Assembly (NCBI GenBank): GCA_964016885.1
Contig: OZ024753.1
Coordinates: 21,142,001 to 21,206,000, forward strand
Source of the DNA: Eledone cirrhosa
Lineage: Eukaryota
DNA length: 64,000 nucleotides
Reading direction: 5' to 3'
This document shows, piece by piece, positions 1 to 10,323 of this stretch. The notes below the pieces were generated by a model that worked only from the letters and a program-made list of their open reading frames with translations, was not told the origin of the DNA and did no database searches. Within the stretch, counting starts at the first letter, position 1. Each line of letters opens with the position of its first letter. The position numbers were made by a program, and so were the translations under genes.

Positions 1-36
1 ATTGCTGGCCTTGTGCCAAAAGTAGAAACAATTATT
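1..36 (+). mobile_element. 3' end of tRNA-derived SINE (family A)
   Basis: attgctggccttgtgccaaaagtagaaacaattatt matches the 3' tail of full copies (e.g. 37446-37633). Confidence 0.8.
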
Positions 37-292
37 TAATATTTCAAGCTCAAATCAAGGCTCATGAAATAAGTTGCATGTAAATTTTTGCACTCAATTT
101 TTTTATTAGAGAAAAAAATGCAAATTCTGGATGGCACTTTATTAGGTACACTGTATTAACTTTGTCTATTAACCACAATGTGATCATACATAGAATTAAA
201 TAGCAAATTTAAATATCAACAAGGGAGTGGATTGGATCAAAGTCATCCCCTAATTCCTGGTGGAATTGTCATGACATATTGGCGTTTCTTGG

Positions 293-555
293 GTATTTTA
301 AGTCTGGCAGAGTCCATTCCACTCCAAGTCTGAATACAGCCGATTTCTTCAAGAGAAGAATAGAAAGTAAAGAGAAGTGAGAAAAAGATATAGAGGAAGA
401 CTCGACACCAGTACTAGACTGGTACTTATTTTATTGACCATGAATGGATGAAAGACAAAGTTGACTTTGGAGGGATTTTAACTCAGAGAGCGAAAATGAA
501 TACCACAAAACACTCTATACAATGTTCTAACAATCCTGCCAATTCCCCACCTTCT
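293..555 (-). mobile_element. SINE family A variant with an alternative 3' extension
   Basis: Diverged core (ggtacttattttattgacc...aaagttgac) plus an extension (gtctggcagagtcc...acagccgatttctt) also seen at 24730-24955 and 31560-31785. Confidence 0.6.
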
Positions 556-1680
556 ATACAATAAATAGATGTTCTAATGACTCTGTCAATTCCCTGTACT
601 AATAAACACAGTACACTAAGTAATTACAGGACTAAACTATATTAACTTGAGTGTATGAGAGGTTTACATGTACAACCAGGAATTTGAATCGAAATATAAA
701 ATCATGACATGGTAAATGGAACTAATGAGAATGTAAATTTAAATACACATTATCGATGAATTTAATAGTTAGGGCATTTTAAATTAAGGAACATTTAGTT
801 TTCGTTTTTGCATATCCAATGTAGGTTTTGCTTCTAATAAATCCTCCATGGCAAAGAGGGTTTTGGGTTGAATGATACATCTGATTAGTTTTTCTATCAA
901 ATCTCATTTCACTTTTATTACTGTCTGATGTTTCTAAGGGTTTACAACTTTAAACATAAAGATTGTAATAAAGGAAATTTCATGAAAAAGATTTGGTCAG
1001 CTCCATTGAATGTGTACATGATATTGCATGTAAAGAAATTTACTTTGTTAGTTCAAAAGGCAGCATTGACTATATCGTCATAATCATCCTTATTACATCC
1101 GTTTTGCTATGCTTGGTTGGGTTGGATGGGTCCTTTTTAGCACAGTATCTCTCCCTTCATCGCCTTCCTTCATCATCTCTTCTGTGAGCAATTTTATATC
1201 AGTTCTCACCACCTTCATCCAGGTTTCTTGGTCTACCTCTACTGCAGCTTCCCTCCACTAGGATTCACTAGAACTTCTTCACCCAGCAATCATCATATGT
1301 CCATACCAGCAAAGTTTCCTTTCTTGCACATCACTTCAGATTCCTCTTAACCCTTTAGCATTCAAAACTACCCAAACCTGCCGAAATTATTTCCCCTTTA
1401 TTTGTTAAAACTGGCCAACAACGCCCACACTAAAATATCAGTCTAAAAATACCGTCATCAAAATCTCGTCAATTCGAGATTACTGCAAGATTGGGCATTT
1501 ACCGCAAAAATTAACACTTAATGTAGTGAAACAACTTGAAACAACACGTGTGTTTTTTTTAACGTTGAAAGTAGAACAGATTTTTGTTTGTGTATCAACA
1601 TGGCTTGTGAAAGTAGCGATACCAAGTTTAAAGGTTTTACACACGACGACATTCAGAATGAACAAGAAACAAAAGATAAT

Positions 1681-1774
1681 TGTTTCTACTTTAGGCACAA
1701 GGCCAGCAATTACCTGGTACTTTATTTTATCGACCCCGTAAGGATGAAGGGCAAAGTCAACCTTGGCGGGATTT
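1681..1774 (-). mobile_element. 5'-truncated SINE A with 15-bp TSD
   Basis: Flanked by gaaacaaaagataat at 1666-1680 and 1775-1789. Confidence 0.85.
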
Positions 1775-1799
1775 GAAACAAAAGATAATATTAGTGATT

Positions 1800-2493
1800 G
1801 GCATACGTTAAGAATGGCGTTCGTGAAAGTGAAAGTAAATTTTTTGACAAGTGAATTTTTTTTTTTTTTTTTTTACAATGAAAGTTACGATACACACGCA
1901 ATTGTATGGATTTCTTAATATATATATATGTGTGGGTGTGTATATATGTGTGTACACTGTGAATTTGTTTGTTTATTTACAACAGGTCTCTATAGTGATA
2001 TGGTGTTAATTAGTATTGCATGTGTGATTATTTTTTCTTATATATATATGTGTGTGGGTGTGTATATGTGTGTATATATATGTGTGTCTGTATGTATATA
2101 TATATGTGTGTTTGTATATATATATATGTGTTTGTGTCATCATCATCGTTTAGATGTTTTTGTAATATCTTGCTATTTAAAAACACACAATGTCATTATT
2201 TTTTTAAAAAATTTCCGTACACAATACACAAAAAAAGAAAAAGAAAAAATAATCACACACGCAATACTAATTAACACCATATCACTATAGAGACCTGTTG
2301 TAAATAAACAAACAAATTCACAGTGTACACACATATATATACACACATATACACACCCACACATATATATATTTTAAGAAATCCATACAATTGCGTGTGT
2401 ATCGTAACTTTCATTGTAAAAAAAAAAATAAAACAAATTCACTTGTTAAAAAATTTACTTTCACTTTCACGAACGCCATTCTTAACGTATGCC
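1800..2493. mobile_element. Foldback MITE (Mutator/MULE- or Merlin-like)
   Basis: About 240-bp terminal inverted repeats starting GGCATACGTTAAGAATGGCG; 9-bp TSD ttagtgatt at 1791-1799 and 2494-2502. Confidence 0.85.
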
Positions 2494-3159
2494 TTAGTGA
2501 TTTATCTTCAAATGAATTAGACGTGTACATTTCTGAAATTTCATTAGACGACGATTGTTGTTTTGAAAGTGAAAACGAAGCAGATCTCCAGGAGGTCATT
2601 GAAGATATTACAGCAACGTAGTTGAAAAATACGACACCAATATATGTTCCTGCTTTTATTCAAAATACTGGTCCACAACACATTACCTCCCGATGTTAAA
2701 GTACTGGATTATTTCTTTTTGCCACAAACTTTCTTCGAAGTTGTGACAGAGGAGACTAATCGATATGGCCACCAACAGATTTCAAATTGAGGAAAACCCG
2801 ATCTGTTATGGCAACCAACAGATGCTGCAGAAATGCAAGCATTTTTTACCATAAATATTATGTTCGGTATAAAATAATTTCCAAGACTGGAATTACTGGA
2901 GCTTATATATCAAGTATTATGCCGAAAACAAGGCATTTGAAATTAAACCACTATTTGTACCTGGTTGAAATGCCCCTGTTAATTAATTTCACCTGCCCTT
3001 AAAAGTCAAATTTAACAAAGAAAATCAGGTAAAAATATATAATTGTAAATTATTGATATTTAAACATCTACTGACAAAATTTCAAGTCTGCACATAGAAA
3101 ATTAAGAAAATTACAAACAAATAAAATTGATAACCCTCTTGAGTGTGATTAACTAAAAA

Positions 3160-3350
3160 TAATTGTTTCTACTTTTGGCACAAAGCCAGCTTTTACCCCA
3201 GTGTATTACTGGTACTTTATTTTATCGACCACGTACGGATGAAAGGCAAAGTTAACCTCGGTGGGATTTGAACTCAGTCCGTAAAGGGACGTAACTGTGC
3301 TGCAAAGCATGGCGTCCGACCCTCTACCGATACTGCCAATCCACCGCTGC
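3160..3350 (-). mobile_element. Full-length SINE A
   Basis: tRNA-like head (ggcagcggtggattggcagtatcggtag; B box gagttcaaatccc), core gcctttcatcc...gtcgataaaataaagtaccag, tail gtagaaacaattatt. Confidence 0.85.
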
Positions 3351-3867
3351 CAAAAAATAATGTGAATAGATAAGCATGACATTTGAAAATTAATGTGAAT
3401 GCTGAAGGGTTAAACTTACTTTCTCCCTCAGCTCATCCAAGCTTGCCTTTCCCTCACATCCACCACAGCATGGTTGCATCATTCTCTGCAGTCACTGGCC
3501 ATGACTGTATATACTCAAATATAAACAGGAATATGTGACCAAAATATAAATGGTAAAATGGGGGGGGGGAGGGGCACTCGGCTTATATTCGGGGTCAATA
3601 TTTCTGTGTATATGCTGGTAGTTTTATTGTATAAAGTATTGAAATAAAGATTTCCATACCGGAAAAGACTATACTGAACATGTCATGATTTTGATATTAA
3701 CACTGAAGTAGTTTATGTGATTATATCCTATAAATAATTGATTCAAATATTATTTTTATGTTTAATCACTTCTACATGTCAGTAATCAATATACGCTATA
3801 GGGTTTCACTTATGCAAACCAGTTGTTGTTCTTCTTCTTCTGTCTTCTTTAAAAAAGAGTATAATAA

Positions 3868-3951
3868 TTGTTTCAACTTTTAGCACAAGGCCAGCAATTG
3901 CCCAGTACATTACTGGTACTTTATTTTATCGACCCCGTAGGGATGAAAGGC
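3868..3951 (-). mobile_element. 5'-truncated SINE A with TSD
   Basis: Flanked on both sides by aaagagtataataat. Confidence 0.8.
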
Positions 3952-4301
3952 AAAGAGTATAATAATAACGAAAATGTTTGTGCACAGTTCTCAGATGCCC
4001 TACAACTCATCAAAGGTGCATATATAGTACATAGAATAATGTACAAATGTCAGGAAAGTGAACAGTGTATGAGTCATGCTATACACACACATACATGTAT
4101 GTGTATGTCTGGAGGGGGAATATCAGGTGTAGTATTGGCGAATTTCAGGAATCATGAACGTTTTGAAGGATGCAGTGTTGCAACAGCTAACAACTGATGC
4201 AGGTAATTTGTTCCATGCTTCAGCAACTCAGTGTGAAAAAATGTTTCTGAAAGTCATGGGAGCTGTGCTGTTTTCTGACTTTGTAGGCATGCCTATGTGT
4301 G

Positions 4302-4996
4302 TGTACAGCCACCGGAAATAACATCCGTGAAATATACAGCGCCATCTACCTGTTAGCTAGTTACCTCACCGTGAAACAAAACAACCCTTAGAAGCTACCA
4401 GAATAAACGCCTACACAGCGGCTAAACATCAAACGATTATTTCTGTATAAATAGAGTGGTTCCAAACACTTCGCCAGTCGACTTTTGGCAGAGTCAGCTA
4501 GCATATCGTTGTTCCTTTACTCTGCCACGCTTTGTCACTCCCACACGCCTTGTACCTTGTATCGTTGCTTCATGTGAAAATAAATAGCTGATCGAATTTA
4601 CATCTCGCCTTGCTTCGTCCTTTCAACTTGTGCTTTCGTCTGTCCATCCTAAACAGGTTTTTTAAGGGCTATATGCGACAACAGTTCTTTTAAGGGCTAT
4701 CTTCATATCTGATCAGACCGTATGCGACAACAGTTCTTTTAAGGGCTATCTTCATATCTGATCAGACCGTATTCGACAACAGTTCTTTTAAGGGCTATCT
4801 TCTGATCTGATCAGACCGTATGCGACAACAGGTCTTTTAAGGGCTATCTTCATATCTGATCAGACCGTATTCGACAACAGTTCTTTTAAGGGCTATCTTC
4901 TGATCTGATCAGACCGTATGCGATAACAGTCCTTCTAAGGGCTATTCTCGGATCTGATCAGAAGTAGTGACCAGACTGACTAACCACGTCGCTACA
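4302..4996 (+). mobile_element. Solo LTR (Gypsy-like)
   Basis: Begins TGTA, ends TACA, 4-bp TSD tgtg (4298-4301 and 4997-5000); TATAAATA at about 4446 and AATAAA at about 4578; the host LINE is restored on removal. Confidence 0.7.
4662..4962 (+). repeat. About 49-bp tandem array (about 6 units) inside the solo LTR
   Basis: Unit taagggctatcttcatatctgatcagaccgtatgcgacaacagttcttt, containing the palindrome TCTGATCAGA. Confidence 0.9.
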
Positions 4997-5229
4997 TGTG
5001 TTAAACACATTGAATTCAAGAAGATGCTAAGAGTTGTTGTTGGCAAGAAGGTTAATCATTTTGTGGGCGTTTACCAAGTCAGTTGGAGCTTCAATGTATC
5101 CATGCTGATGGAAGCAAGGCGTTCAGAGTATGGTAGATGCCTAATGTTCAATATCCAGTAATATTGGTATATATGAAATACCAGACCTAGACTCTGAAAC
5201 TTAAATATGTTCAAATGCTGTTGGTATCA

Positions 5230-5520
5230 TTATTGAGAGCACTAGTCCACTAGTCAATTCACTTGACAAGTTCCCAGACCCCATTCACTTACAGAGTGGG
5301 GTGGAACTCACTGGTCAGTCCAACGAAGCAATGTTTCCATTGATCTTTCCATTACTGATACTATCTACTTATTGCAACTCCTGGTAGAAAGTGCAATGTG
5401 AAATAAAGTGTCTTGCTCAAGGACATAACACATTACCTGAGCCAGAACTCAGAGAGCAGAGGGCCAAAACAAATACTGTAAAGCATTCTATCCAAAGTTC
5501 TAACAACTCAATTCACTGCC
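5230..5520 (-). mobile_element. Degenerate SINE with a V/CORE-like central domain (family B)
   Basis: Reverse complement gtgttatgtccttgagcaagacactttatttcacattgc matches the domain at 14330-14370. Confidence 0.5.
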
Positions 5521-5564
5521 ATGAAGTTATAGAGGCTGGTAGTAATCAATATAGGACATCAAAA

Positions 5565-5910
5565 ATGATGGTGATGGTGATGAGAATGTTTAGGATGATG
5601 ATGGTGATGGTAATGTTTAGGGTGATGACGATGATGGTGACAAGAATGTTTAGGGTGATGGTGATGAGAATGTTTAGAGTGATGATGGTGACAAGAATGT
5701 TTAGGAGGATGATGATGATGATGGTAACAAGAATGTTTAGGATGGTGATGAGAATGTTTAGGGTGATGTTTAGGATGATGATGATCATCACCAATATCAT
5801 AACCACCGCCACCACACCCATCATCATCATCACCAACATCACCACTACCACCACCACCACCACCATCCTCATCATCACCACCATCATCATTATCATCATC
5901 ATCATCATAA
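5565..5910. repeat. Low-complexity (ATG)/(CAT)/(ACC) minisatellite with agaatgtttagg units
   Basis: Visible repeat; explains the Met/His/Val-rich spurious ORFs. Confidence 0.85.
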
Positions 5911-6372
5911 TGACATGTGCTCATAGGAAATTGATGATGGAGAGAAAATAATCTTATAAATTGGTCCTAAATAATATTTGGACTGTGACAAAGGAGATTA
6001 TGCTGTGCAACTAATCAGCTTCTAATTAGGTGACAAGATGTTGTTTAGTTAATCAAACTTAATTAAGAAAATGAGACAAAAATAGAAATAAATAAAGAAA
6101 ACAATGTATGACAAGTTTGAACTTTTGAAAACTTGATGGTACACATACAGACTTACATGTACAGAACACACATACACAGGCTCACACACACACAATAGCA
6201 CAGATGCACACACCCACACACACAAAAACACATACACACACCCAACTCGCAACCCCCACCCACCCCCATACACATACACATCCATACACACACACACACA
6301 AACACAAGCACACACACATTTCTAAACTACAGCCATTCCTCACAATTGAGTATGACTTGGTATTATTTATCT

Positions 6373-6566
6373 AGGGCAGTGGATTGGCAGTATCGGTAGA
6401 AGGTCGGACGCCATGCTTTGCAGCGCAGAGTTGCGGCCCTTTACGGTCTAAGTTCAAATCCCGCCGAGGTTAACTTTGCCTTTCATCCTTACGGGGTCGA
6501 TAAAATAAAGTACCAGTAATGTACTGAGATAATTGCTGGCCTTGTGCCAAAAGTAGAAACAATTAT
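6373..6566 (+). mobile_element. Full-length SINE A with TSD attatttatct
   Basis: Head, core and tail present; direct repeats at both flanks. Confidence 0.85.
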
Positions 6567-6959
6567 TTATCTTGCTTTTGCCAAGGGCTCTATATCCCCC
6601 TCCAATCACAATCAGACAACACAGACACAGATACACTCTCCAGACTCCAGGCTACTTTCATTGATCCAGCAGAACATTCAGGATGTGCCAGCTAAAAGGT
6701 GTGGGGTTTGTACCAGCACTGGGATGGTGAATATATATATTTTATTGACTCCCTAAAAGGTGAAAGACGAATTAGACTTAAGCAGGTTTTAAACTCAGAG
6801 ACCTCAAAGGGTTGGAACAAATGTCTAAGACTGTAAAAAAACTATACAGCTCTGAATTAGTTTCTTCTGTTAATGCTTTGATGAAGGGATTTTATCCCAA
6901 AATATAAAGATCTATAAAGAACTGCAAAGTAACATTGTCATCATCATACTTTTAACATT

Positions 6960-7300
6960 CACATTGTGGTAGACACAGTACTTTGGTCTGAAAGGATAAA
7001 AAAGTTAATCCTGAACTCAGTCCCATGGAAAGAAGAGTGCAGCAACACCTTTGAGCAAAACAGTGCCAAATATCAAGAACTTGTGCAGGAGTGTAGTGAG
7101 AAAGTTTGGCAGCATGGCTATTTCCAGTCAAGGTGGGTTGCAGGGGATTCTCACTCAGTATGGAGAATGTTCATTGCCATTGGAATAACAGGAAGAGAAA
7201 AAAAGACTGTAGTTCACAGGTTGGGGAAGCAGAAAGGGCTTCTTGTTGGCTTTGGATCAGGAGAGAGAAGATAAACTGGAAGCCCGGACGAGAAGATAGG
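6960..7300 (+). mobile_element. Hero-like non-LTR retrotransposon fragment (restriction-like endonuclease)
   Basis: DTVLWSERIKKLI..SVPWKE...FEQNSAKYQELV and (after a frameshift) AWLFPVKVGCRGF match the PD..ELTVPWE..K..KY..VEVG.RGF RLE motif. Confidence 0.65.
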
Positions 7301-8071
7301 CAGTAATTTAGCTACTACTTCTGATCAACAAGTGAGAAGGTGTTACCATTGGGGGTCGAAACATTGAATGAGCGTTAAACATCATCTGATGACATCAATG
7401 CCTCCTGGCCAAGGTTCACTGAAGGTGAATGTGAGGTATCTTCTTGAAGATGAAATTATGCCTACAAGCAAAACACTATTTTCTACACTTTATACAATGT
7501 TTTACACAAGCAACCTACAACAACCTAATACATTGTTTAATGTTTTAATTATTGATTTATTTAAACAATATATTTGTAGAACCGTTGTGCAATAGGAAGT
7601 TTAAATTCTATTTCTAGGTTAGAAGCATCAATGTTTTGAGCCCTTTTTTTATAACACATGCTCACACAAAGTTGCGTGTATAAACCCTGGTGACAAAAAA
7701 TTGTATAGTGCTGCTCATGGGACTGAAATTGTTTCACTGTGCTAACCAATTACACTAAAGCGCCACCAACAAATTTTTCCATTATATTAAGCCTTATCAA
7801 CCAAGCAGTAGGTATGAAAGCAATCTATTTTTAGAACTGTTGAGTTATAGGAAGTTTGAATTTGTAAGTTAGAAGCCCTAGTTATTTCATTAGTACAAAT
7901 ATGGGTTCCAGTATCACAGGCAGCACTGTACACATCCATCTCCAGGGTTTATACACACAATTTATTAGATTATTGATTATTCTTACATTCATCATCATCA
8001 TCATCGTTTCTATGTGTTTTTACACACATGAGTTATTCTTACTTTGTATTTTATTTTTTCTATTCTTTTAG

Positions 8072-8625
8072 GGTTTTGCAAGTTTTCACGGGTCAGCTAG
8101 CAATGATTGTTACAGGAGCCTTTAGCATTGGCCTGTTGCTGTGCTCCTTGGTGCCACGTGCTGGAACGCTGGAGTCACTAATTCACTACACTTCCAGTAA
8201 TCCTAACCAAATATCAGAGTTAACCACTGAACAAAGCCGAATACACACAAGAGCAGTGACAGATGAAAAGAATATGGAGATGTATTTTACAATCGCCAAG
8301 ATGCTAGAACAACTTAATGTTTTACCACCAAACAGTGAATCCTGTTACATCCTCAAAAACATTGAACCCAGCATTACAAAACCAGCTGTCAATAAAACCG
8401 TTGAAGTACGGCTTGTATTTAATGTGGTGTCTGCTCAGCCAAGTTCGTCTAGTAATAAACCAAAGGCCAACTCTAACAGTAGCAATCATAGTGCTTCCGA
8501 ATGTAAAAAGCTACTTTCTCTATCAATGCAGCAATCATCCCTGGGAAGTAATTCAGGGGGGAATAACTCAATCAATACTTCAGTAGGATATAGTGCCCCT
8601 CACACGGAATATGGAAATGAATCAG
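8072..8625 (+). CDS. Probable first coding exon of a host secreted or membrane glycoprotein (ATG at 8103; phase-1 donor)
   Basis: Polypyrimidine tract plus AG at 8070-8071; donor CAG|GTAAGT at 8625/8626; open frame with signal-peptide-like MIVTGAFSIGLLLCSLVPRAG, RIHTR furin-type site and several N-x-S/T sequons; no TE motifs. Confidence 0.7.
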
Positions 8626-8829
8626 GTAAGTCAAAATAGTCAAAAAGACTAAAGTATATTTTTCTTGTTTCTGTTGTCATCAACACATATTTCTCTGATT
8701 ATAAAGCTACCTTTTGTTGTTGTTAAAATCCTTTTACAAATTTCTCAAGCTACACTATTGCATTCAAAGTAATTTTAATTCATTTTTTAAATTTCTTTAT
8801 ATGTGTGTGTGAGTGTGTGTCTTTAAAAA

Positions 8830-9100
8830 AACGCTCAAAATATCCCTTGGAAGACCAATCCCACGCTTAATCAGATATACAGAACAATCCCAAAAGTAAA
8901 TGAACGACTGATTGAACAACAAACGATGTTTGCTGGTCAGTGCTTCCATGCAAAACATGTTGTAGGAGGTCTCCTCTATCAGAAAGCTTATATATCAGGA
9001 TACCATAGCAAGAGATGCTGCAATTGACAAGTATGACCTACAAACCTTGATGGGAAACAGAGACTGTTAGCGTGAAGTTGTGCATGCTGTTTCACCCAAG
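8830..9100 (+). mobile_element. Degenerate RTE/RTE-X-like LINE 3' fragment
   Basis: WKTNPTLNQIYRTIPKV....FAGQCFH resembles the W..H.T...LY..LP......FAGHC.R C-terminus. Confidence 0.45.
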
Positions 9101-9139
9101 GTTGATAAATAAGATAAGTATGGACACAAGGCAGTGCAC

Positions 9140-10085
9140 GAAAAAAATTCAAGATGATGTTAAGGAGGAGAGTATTTGAAATTACAATGGTTGCACTTGC
9201 TTTCTCTGATGCTAAGAATGAAGAAACAGGGATGTGCCATTATGAGAGATTGTTAAATGAGGAGAATGTATTGGAAGAAGATGGTCTACTTCATGCAGGC
9301 CCAACAGAGTGACCAGCCATTCAAGTTAGCAGCAGTGTAGTAAGGTAATTATACTTATGAAGACTGACAAAGCAGCATATCTGCCAGGGGCAGTAACTAA
9401 GATGTTGAAAGCATCTGGTTAGCGGGAGGGGACACTCACTAACAATGCACATTGTAAATCAAGTAATACAAAATAATGTCATACCTAATGACCGGTATAG
9501 CAGCATCATTGTCAACTGCTAGGGAGAAGCACTACACAGGGGAAACTACAGAGGTATCAAATTGGTGAACCAGGTCATGAAATTAACTGAAAGGGTAATT
9601 GCACAATGAATTAGGGGTAGAATTAACAGACGATATGCAGTTTGGGTTTGTGTCTGGTAAAGGCACCTCAGATGCTTTCTTTGTTTACCTATCTGTATAA
9701 AGTTATAGCTTCTAAAATTATTGAAAGGAGATAGGTGGGTTCATTGATGTAAACAGTAGAGCACTTGTCCAGCAAACGAGATGTGGGTTTCAGCACCATC
9801 TTTTTCCATTTAGTGGGTTTATATACCCCATTTTTATTAGACTGTTTTATATACTCAAAGTTACGGTGAAATCTTCTGATTGAATTCTCAAATTTTGCTC
9901 ACCTTTTCCTAAACACACGCGCTTGCATATGCAGGCGCTGATCATACGTCTAGCACTTGTACCTGGCACAAATCTGAACTGCATTTCATCAAGATTAATT
10001 TGATCTCTAATCAGCTGTGTGACCATTCTTTCTGTGACCTTCATCACCTGGTCAACCAACTTAATGCCTCTATAGTTTTCTGTCT
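9140..10085. mobile_element. Degenerate RTE fragments (+ 9140-9690; - 9945-10085)
   Basis: NYRGIKLV.QVMK.TER..AQ.IR....DEMQFGFV motifs on both strands. Confidence 0.65.
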
Positions 10086-10287
10086 AGAGTGTGGGGGAGG
10101 GTTGAGATGGAGGCCCTTAAGAGAAGATCGAGTATAAGAATGTTAGAAGATTTCACTTGAGATGAAAAAATTGAGGACAAATCGATAGAGCAGGAAGAAA
10201 GGAATTAATTGGAGATCATAGTAAAAGTTACTAAAAGAAAAATAGAACAATATTTTGAACATGAGAAATAATAAATAATATATGTAT

Positions 10288-10319
<32 letters not shown>

Positions 10320-10323
<4 letters not shown>

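Larger units (their letters stand above)
1600..2965 (+). pseudogene. piggyBac transposase N-terminal remnant (interrupted, internally deleted)
   Basis: Acidic N-terminus MACESSDTKFKGF...SDLSSNELDVYISEISLDDD, then FFEVVTEETNRYG..Q...W..TDAAEMQAFF..NIMFG and IMPKTRH...HYLYL, typical of PGBD-type transposases. Confidence 0.7.
1351..3409 (+). mobile_element. piggyBac DNA transposon relic
   Basis: TTAA at 1347-1350 and 3410-3413; TIRs CCCTTTAGCATTCA / TGAATGCTGAAGGG (13/14 match); internal transposase-like remnants. Confidence 0.85.
1075..3507 (-). mobile_element. RTE LINE 3' fragment (1075-1350 and 3410-3507) split by a piggyBac insertion
   Basis: Homologous to the 3' end of the RTE at 10320-10750; the sequence reads through across a single TTAA when 1351-3413 is removed. 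Confidence 0.65.
3975..5150 (-). mobile_element. CR1/L2-like LINE 3' fragment interrupted by a solo LTR
   Basis: Minus strand reads ...GMPTKSENSTAPMTFRNIFSH.VAEAWNKLPASVVSC..., resembling a CR1-type C-terminus (H..K.....FF..RV...WN.LP..VV). Confidence 0.6.

Noticed and set aside
4662-4962. CRISPR-like regular repeats
   Set aside because: Units are contiguous with no unique spacers; eukaryotic LTR context; no cas genes
5391-5951. Met/His-rich ORFs (reflectin-like or metal-binding protein)
   Set aside because: All frames are open only because of (ATG)/(CAT) repeats; no reflectin motif or splice signals recognised
6875-6925. Decayed hammerhead (ttgatga agggat-ttt-atccc aaaa tata)
   Set aside because: Both core segments are mutated and stem I is only 3 bp; not listed as a feature
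7340-7400. gtcgaaac ... ctgatgac as a hammerhead in the Hero 3' UTR
   Set aside because: Could not build stems II and III in a valid topology
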